A stretch of 63,625 bases of DNA, the filler included, from Aduncisulcus paluster (lineage: Eukaryota): assembly GCA_024181965.1 (NCBI GenBank). It is 7 parts of 7 records of this genome, joined end to end, with 100 filler letters (N's around TTAATTAATTAA, not from the genome) between each part and the next. Parts side by side here need not be neighbours in the genome. Positions count along the whole stretch, not along the records: positions 49,499 to 59,965 come from BQXS01012616.1; positions 60,066 to 62,470 come from BQXS01012627.1; positions 62,571 to 63,625 come from BQXS01013862.1; 4 more parts are not named here. One strand, given 5' to 3'. Shown here piece after piece: positions 56,590-63,625 of this stretch (within the stretch, counting starts at the first letter, position 1; each line of letters starts with the position of its first letter). The notes beneath the pieces are model-generated. The model was not told the DNA's origin and ran no database searches. It saw nothing but the letters and a program-made list of their open reading frames with translations. Made by a program: the position numbers and the translations under genes.

Positions 56590-59306
56590 TCACAGATGTT
56601 CAAACATCACTTCAACGCCTCCACTTGTGCGTTCAACAAAATCATACACAGATTGTCTCAAGGCTCTCTCATCATCAAATGACATCTTTACAAGTAAATG
56701 TTGAGGAGGAGTGTATTGGATGAAAGGGGAGTATAATATGCGACTATTATTACCGAGATAATGAGATGAAATCGAAGAATCGTCTTTATCTTCATCTTTT
56801 CTTAAACCGCAACAACACAAATCCCCATGTTCCAAAATCCTTTGGAAATTCATTTTCTTTCCTGTAATGGCATTGTGATAGAGGATATTGTCATTTTTTA
56901 TAGGAATCGATATCTCAAATTCCATCCCAAACAATAACGTTGAAGCACAATGATATCCATCTTTCTCAGGATATAAAGATGTTTCAATCGAAGGGATTAG
57001 TGTTATCGCAGGTACAGAGTGGAGCAATATTGATAAGTAAGAGGTGGATAATGAGGTGGAAATGTTAGAAATATAACAAGCATAATCGTGAGGAATACAA
57101 CGTCTGGATTCCATACACCAACTCATACTATCATCATATTTAGGAGACACAAGAGAAGGCACGATGGACAACATGGAAATTAGTCTAAACCAACACTTAA
57201 CACCCTCAGACCCACGGGATTTCTTATGAACAGCTTCGAACCACCCATCAAGAAGATCTTTAACATTTTCATAGACTTCAAGGGCGTGTGATATATCAAA
57301 ACATAGGTTCGAGAAGAAACCCATGACATATTCGTGGTTATCCTGAATAATCTTATCGCCAACAAACTCTCTCTTAACAACATCAAGAACAGGGTGGAAG
57401 AGAGACCAAGCTTCAGAACAGATAGATCTGGCTGGCGTTTGATTATCACTTTCCAGTGTAACATGTTGTAGAATATGCATCCATTCTCCGTAACACTTAC
57501 TATCCTTATAGATATGGAACCAATCTCTGATATACGGTTTGATAAGGGAAAAAACGCATGATCGATTGGAAGAAGAAGAGCGAGGTAACGAGACATTTTT
57601 GAGGATTTCTATGAAGGTTTTCGCATAACAATTTCTTATCTTCTTACCCGAAATACCCCGCTCAAGAATGTGTTTAAAAGCTGGACAAATCCTGAGAAGG
57701 AATGAAGTGTGTTCTTCTCTGACTTGAGAAGTATAATCAGCACAAATAGAAAAATATTCATTGTGAACAGCTCCTTCCAAAACATCCTCAACTCTTGATA
57801 AATGATCAATGAAAGTGTCAATGAGATCAGTCAGATCAGGAGCTGGTAAAAAAACTGGTGGATGTAAAAACTGATTAACTTTATGCTGAACAAACAATTT
57901 TAAACAAAATAAACAGAGAACAATCTCCCTTTTGTGTTCTTCAATCTCACTTCTGGATTGATATGCAAGGAAAACAGAGAGAATGGATGCTCGATTGTTG
58001 AGATACAATTGTGAAGTTGATAGTTGCGAACATTCCTTAATTGAGCCAATCAAATCACTCCATTTCTTGAGAGAAGAAGGATAGCAGTTACCAAAATAAC
58101 TTGAAAAATTGAAATGGCAATTNNNNNNNNNNNNNNNNNNNNGAAAACAGAGAGAATGGATGCTCGATTGTTGAGATACAATTGTGAAGTTGATAGTTGC
58201 GAACATTCCTTAATTGAGCCAATCAAATCACTCCATTTCTTGAGAGAAGAAGGATAGCAGTTACCAAAATAACTTGAAAAATTGAAATGGCAATTTCTAC
58301 CATTATCTTTGCACCATTCCATGGCATCGTCATATTTGGGAGATATGTGAGGAACAATAGATGGAACGGTGGAGAGCATAGAAATGAGTTTGGACCAATA
58401 AACAATTTCCCATCGACGTTCACCATTTTCTTCTCTTTCCATTACCATTTCAAACCAACTATCGAGAAGATCACCTTTGATACACTCATGAATTTCAATG
58501 GCTTGGGAAGGAATGCAACTCAAATTGCCAAAGAATCGGAAGCATCGAATTACAGCTTCATCATCAAATGTAATACCTTTGGAATCAGTGTCCTTAATCA
58601 CATCCAAGACAGGATGGAAGACAAACCAGAGTTGTGAGGAACGAGCTTCGTGTGGAGTGGTGTTGTCATCTCCAGTGGTTATGTTCTTCAAGATATTTGT
58701 CCAATACAGAAAGAACTTTTTGTCAGGATACTTCTTCATCCAAGGTAAGATGTGAGGGAGAAGAATGGATAACAAGGAGTCCTTGCTTAATTCATTTGTA
58801 GCAAATGCAATACTTCTGCAGGTCTCAAGAATAGATTCAACGAAAGAGTCCTCAAGTTGTGTGAATAAACCAAGACAAAAAATCTCCGATAGAAGTGGAG
58901 ATATATGAGGTAAGGTTATATTTCGGAAATATTTATGATGATACATTGAGAAACAAAGAATCTGGAACAGGGAAATTGTGATTGAACTCACTCTGGCCTC
59001 TTCAGGGTGTTCTCTGGCTTCTTCCATTCTCAGAATGGATTCAACTCGGATCATTGGATTCAATATCAATGAAGACATTGGTAACATTACTCCAGGCTTC
59101 ATAAAAATGGAGAAACATTGAAAACAAAGCGCGAAAAGGTTTCGATTGGAGATGATGGCCGATTGTGTAATGAATTTTTCAAAGGTAGCACGGAAACGAG
59201 GATAGGATGTTTTATAAAGGGAACATAACACACGTGAATTCGTTTGATCTTTGATAGATTCAAACAATGTCTCCAGTTCGGGGATTTCGAAGTGTTTTCG
59301 AGACAT
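56590..59306 (-). CDS. Helical-repeat protein, paralog of the kinase's repeat region (~847 aa after removing a 173-nt gap/overlap artefact)
   Basis: Shares QSRSEIEEHKREIVLC, DLIDTFIDHLSRVE, FHPVLDVVK and SPKYDxxMxWC with the kinase repeats. Segment 57970-58122 is repeated after the gap at 58143; the corrected length is 848 codons. Confidence 0.82.
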
Positions 59307-59704
59307 CAATACAATAACAGGGTTAAGAGCTGTAAGATATTTCTTGAGAGTTAAAAAAAGTTTATATTAATGTTTTAGATTAAATTTCTTTTCTTTTTGG
59401 TGTAAAAATTGATTAAATATTCACAAATATTAATAAATTCCCATGAATGGTTATTCCTTTGAAATGGGTTGAAAAAATGAAAGAATAGCAAAGAAAACAT
59501 ACTAATCCAATCAATTTATACAAATTTAAACGAAAATATCTGTCAAATAAATATGAGCCAAAGGAAAACAAGGATTTTTCAGGTTTATTTATAGGACGTA
59601 ACAGGTTCTCGCTAAATTTTTAAACACTAGGATTTTACGATAAATTGTTTCAGTAAAATTGGGTTTAATTTGCGAGATTTTTGGGTGTTTTTTGGCTGAA
59701 AGAA

Positions 59705-59965
59705 CTAAAAGCTTAGGTGACTACCCTTGCTCTTTGGTTCTTTCTTTTGGATTAAATTCCAGCTGTAAGACGATACACAAGTCGCTTCTCTTATACACAG
59801 GCCTCTTCCAAGCCCACATAGAAGGGTAGATGCCCATCTACGTGATCTCTCTTCTCTGGTTCGGCCAGGTACCATGAAATCGGTTCCATTCCTCCGTACA
59901 TGCTCAATAAACTCCCAAGCTTTCTCTCCAATGGCTCCAATTGTTGTCAAGGCGAAGGGTATCAA
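59705..59965 (-). mobile_element. Probable 3' end of a non-LTR retrotransposon ORF (RLE-type, CRE/NeSL-like)
   Basis: IPFALTTIGAIGEKAWEFIEHV...LGRGLCIREATCV resembles the PxAxxTxGxxG motif that follows the restriction-like endonuclease core. Truncated by the contig end. Confidence 0.5.
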
Positions 59966-60065
59966 NNNNNNNNNNNNNNNNNNNNNNNNNNNNNNNNNNN
60001 NNNNNNNNNTTAATTAATTAANNNNNNNNNNNNNNNNNNNNNNNNNNNNNNNNNNNNNNNNNNNN
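59966..60065. other. Artificial contig linker
   Basis: N44-TTAATTAATTAA-N44. Confidence 0.97.
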
Positions 60066-60066
60066 C

Positions 60067-61089
60067 ATCGAGAGCTTCGACGTTAATATGGAGGAGAGAG
60101 AACTGACAGTGGATAAACTTATTCCAGAAGAGTCTACGGTGGTATATAAGGATTTTTCGATCGCAAGGGACCTCCAAGGACCAGTTCAGGATATAATAGA
60201 TGTTTATCTAGATGATATGATAAGTATAGAACACTTATCAGTGGAGCCATTTGACATCCGCCTTAAAGAGGGTACGGAACTAAAATGCCCACCAATGAGG
60301 AGGATTCCTCGGTGTTTCAGACCATTTGTTGAAGAGGAAACCAAGAGACTAATGCGAGAAGGAGTCATTCGGAAGAGCTCCAGTTGGTATCATAGTCCAC
60401 TGGTAGTCGTCCCTAAGAAGGGGGGGAAACGTCGTATGTGTATTGACTTTCGCCAGCTAAATGCAGCTACGATTCCTTTTGTGCACCCCTTGCCTCGAAT
60501 TGACGATTGTTTTGAAAGCCTGTCCGGAGCCAAGGTGTTTGGGACACTTGATCTTTCCCATGGTTTCCACCAGATTCCCTTAAAAGAAAGGATCACGCAC
60601 CTTACTGCTTTCTGCACCTCAAATGATATCTTTGAGTACGTTAGAATGCCATTTGGGCTCGCTAATGCACCAGCCCATTTTCAAATGGTCATGAACAAGG
60701 TCTTGAGGAGACTTATAGGCTGCTGCTGTATCGTGTACATTGACGATGTGATTGTATTTGGTAAAACAGCTGCAGAGTTTACACAAAACTTGGAAAAAGT
60801 TCTCGAATGCATCGCTCAGTATGGTTTGAGCTTGAACCCTGAAAAATGTATATTGGGTGTTTCACAATGTGAATTCTTAGGATTCGACATTTCCGAGAAA
60901 GGAAGAAGAGTGGCCCAAAGCAGGTTGAGGGCCATCGATAAAATAAGGGAACCAAGAAACAAAAAAGAACTCCGTAGTTTTCTAGGCTTGATTAATTTTG
61001 TACGGGATTTCATTCCGGAATGTTCAGGAATTTCTGGTCCTTTACAGGAATTGATAACCTCAAAACTTCCGTATAAATGGGAAATGTAG
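60067..61089 (+). mobile_element. Ty3/gypsy LTR-retrotransposon pol fragment (reverse transcriptase), truncated before RNase H
   Basis: SPLVVVPKKGGKRRMCIDFRQLN, LDLSHGFHQI, TAF, MPFGLANAPAHFQ, YIDD, LNPEKC and LRSFLGLINF. The frame is open from the contig start. Confidence 0.93.
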
Positions 61090-61192
61090 TTTAGAGTAAG
61101 AGTTGTTTGATACAATTTATTAAATAAACACAATGGATCCAGAGTCTATAATTAGACCTTGAGAATCTAAGGATTCCCAACACTACCCCCTC
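61085..61192 (-). mobile_element. Putative 98-bp 3' LTR with adjacent polypurine tract, antisense to the RT
   Basis: The minus strand reads GAGGGGGTAG (PPT, 61192-61183) followed by TGTTG...AATAAA...CTACA (61182-61085). Confidence 0.65.
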
Positions 61193-61264
61193 AGAGGCTG
61201 GTTCCACGTTGTGTCTTAGAGAGAAAACCTTGAGTAAGGGAAAAGAACTCTAAGTGCTTACAGT

Positions 61265-61499
61265 ATCACGCAGATACTCTCCTGAAATCGCGCAGATTCC
61301 AATTGGACAATAAGGGACATCACGCAGATGTTGTACAGGGATCACGCAGATCTCCTTCAGACATTCCATCAATATCACGCAGATATTGTATCATAATCAC
61401 GCAGATTAGTATGTCTTTTATGGTAGCCATATCACGCAGATATTCGGCAAGATATCCCGCAGATATCATATGGATTATATGCACTTTTTTCGCGCAGAA
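61265..61499 (+). repeat. Array of nine ATCACGCAGAT-like boxes separated by non-identical spacers
   Basis: Boxes start at 61265, 61287, 61319, 61341, 61374, 61396, 61431, 61454 and 61489. Confidence 0.85.
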
Positions 61500-61520
61500 G
61501 GTGTGCATTTTCCATCCATA

Positions 61521-61660
61521 TTTCATGGATATTTCATGCCTGTTTCATGAATATTTCATGGATGTTTCATGAATATTTCATGCATGTTTCATGAATATTT
61601 CATGGATGTTTCATGAATATTTCATGCATGTTTCATGCATGTTTCATGGATGTTTCATGA
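61521..61660 (+). repeat. 11-nt minisatellite TTTCATGVATR x13
   Basis: Thirteen contiguous units with variants GGATG, GAATA and GCATG. Confidence 0.92.
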
Positions 61661-62470
61661 CTTGAGCTATTGGACATAAAGATGCAGGATCGAGGGTTAA
61701 CGCACTTAATCTATCATTAAAATTGCTTTATAACGCTTTCATTATCCTTCCTTCCCCCCTCAGAGGGAGCCTATCATCATCTTTTTGCGCTTTTTAAGAT
61801 TTCAGAATATTACGAAGATTCAACTAATATATTAATTGAAACAACATCCATTAACGTTAAAATTATTACTATGATCGTTTTGAGTGATAATTATCGTTTT
61901 GACGATCACAAAAAAAAGCAAAAATGTGTAAAACCAGATTAAATATAATATAATATAATATAATATAATATATAACATGCCTTTCTTATTAAATTATCTT
62001 TTTCGTTATTATTTCTTTAAATAATTATATGTTCCCACGAAAAACAAGTGTTTTTCGAAAAATGAGTATCCACAGTAAATCACAATTAATGACCATGTGT
62101 GAATATGTCATTAATACATTATTAATATGATTTTAATATGTATTCCAAACTTACCCTGTTATTTCCTTCAAAAACATCAAATCTTTAATAAAACAAAATA
62201 AAAATCATTTTAAAGCCATAACGAAGAACTTCTCAATATAAATACTTCTTAATATTATCGTATTGTATGTCGAAATGTTTTTATCCCTCAGGAAAAGGAC
62301 ATCGAAACCTTTGATATTTTTAATCTTACCTAACAGCTCTAATTATAATGATTTAGTTATTAATACTAATATTTTGTCTTATTTTTGGTCATAAAACTGA
62401 CTTTTGTCCTCAGACACTAACGAAAAAAGAAATTTTCTGATAATTCTCTGAATTATCTAATATTTCCTAT

Positions 62471-62570
62471 NNNNNNNNNNNNNNNNNNNNNNNNNNNNNN
62501 NNNNNNNNNNNNNNTTAATTAATTAANNNNNNNNNNNNNNNNNNNNNNNNNNNNNNNNNNNNNNNNNNNN
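62471..62570. other. Artificial contig linker
   Basis: N44-TTAATTAATTAA-N44. Confidence 0.97.
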
Positions 62571-63623
62571 TCTTCCATCTTCTTCTCTCTTCTTGCTCAG
62601 TGAGTCATTTCTTGCAAGGCCCAATAGGTGAAAACGAGGGACATGCTGAGAATTATAAAAAGCATGAGTGTGAGAGAAAGGAGAAGGAGAGAGAGGAGAA
62701 AGAGGGAACAAGGGAGATCCACGGGCAATAGCTTCTTCAACGGGACATATGGTCATTGCTGGAATCACTGAAGACAAAGAATGCAAGAACATCTCCATGG
62801 TGACAATAGAATGGTCTGTTTTAGAGTAATACACGTCATCGTCATCCGTTATGATACAATTATCACCTGAAATACCCATGATATCACGATGACTACTACG
62901 ATACCTGGAGCTTTGAGGATGTTTCTTCCTTTTGTGCATGGCTGAATGTTGTCTGTGTATAACTGGTGTTCGATGGGCATATGTATGGGTCATATCTTCT
63001 CTGTATCTGACTTCCTCGAGGTATTTTGAGGAAAGTTTGTGTGCCCATTTATAGCTGGTGGTTAAATGTTGACGAATATAATAATCTAAATTTAGAACAC
63101 TCATAACAGCACACAATGTCACCGCTGAAGACAGAGAGGAATGCAAGAATGGCTTTGGAATGTGTGAAGTCGAACAGAATGATTCTAAAAGAGTCGGGAA
63201 GAAAGTTGAAGACGAGATAGGGGAAGATGAGATCGGAGAGGCATCAATAGTGAGTTTGGAGAGATCTAGGAGGGACAAATGTTGCTTGTGAACTCCTCTC
63301 ATGATGTCTTGTTGACGTTCAGAACTGCCAGGAATGGTACACCAAAATTCCAGAGCGGTATCCTGATATGAATGTGGATTGGAGAGCTGAGTGAGGAAGT
63401 AAAATGATGGATCCAAGATTCTAATCGATGAAATCACTGATATAATACAGAGAAGATAAGGTAAATGGTGAGATGATGATGAAAGAACGAGAAAGCTATC
63501 TGACGAGTGAAACTGATCAACATATTCGGTTCCAAAGAGTATGTGACTCAACTTTGGATGCGACAATGTTGATTCTGCCCAAGACAAGGTTTCATTTACA
63601 ATAATCTCTGCCATCATCAAATG
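62571..63623 (-). CDS. Internal fragment of a hypothetical protein, open at both ends
   Basis: About 350 codons without a stop. No domain recognised. Confidence 0.6.
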
Positions 63624-63625
63624 AT

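Noticed and set aside
60067..61089. RT next to a repeat array as a retron, DGR or CRISPR-associated RT system
   Set aside because: The motifs are plainly Ty3/gypsy type (MCIDFRQLN, MPFGLxNAP, YIDD). No template/variable repeat pair or accessory gene is present.
61265..61499. CRISPR array
   Set aside because: Repeats are only 11 nt, spacers alternate between about 11 and 21-24 nt, there are no cas genes, and the context is eukaryotic.

Overview
Eukaryotic draft-assembly DNA. Seven unrelated contig pieces are concatenated by six artificial 100-nt linkers (N44-TTAATTAATTAA-N44), and there are eight 20-N scaffold gaps, most flanked by duplicated sequence. The genome is gene-dense and intron-sparse. 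It uses the standard code (TAA, TAG and TGA all terminate genes) and has AT-rich intergenic DNA. Gene content suggests a flagellated, probably microaerophilic protist, plausibly a free-living fornicate such as an Aduncisulcus/Carpediemonas-like organism; this is inference only. Recognisable genes: a bacterial-type SsnA amidohydrolase, a Firmicutes-type class III fructose-1,6-bisphosphatase, an annexin, an ARID protein, two near-identical TFIIH p62/Tfb1-like genes, a WDR27-like and two other WD40 proteins, two LRR+EGF surface proteins, multi-TM orphans and two large coiled-coil genes with mis-assembled repeats. There is also a kinase carrying two ~330-aa helical repeats and a CaaX box, facing a paralog and kinase relics. 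Mobile DNA includes a Ty3/gypsy RT truncated by an antisense LTR+PPT and the 3' end of a probable RLE-type non-LTR element. Three short GTATGT-AG introns missed by the ORF track restore in-frame ATGs. The most promising leads are the kinase-helical repeat-CaaX modular family, the two candidate bacterial gene transfers, a helically phased 11-bp motif array beside the nested LTR, and twin +1 frame breaks at identical (AGA)5 sites. All family assignments come from motif recognition by eye; no searches were run.
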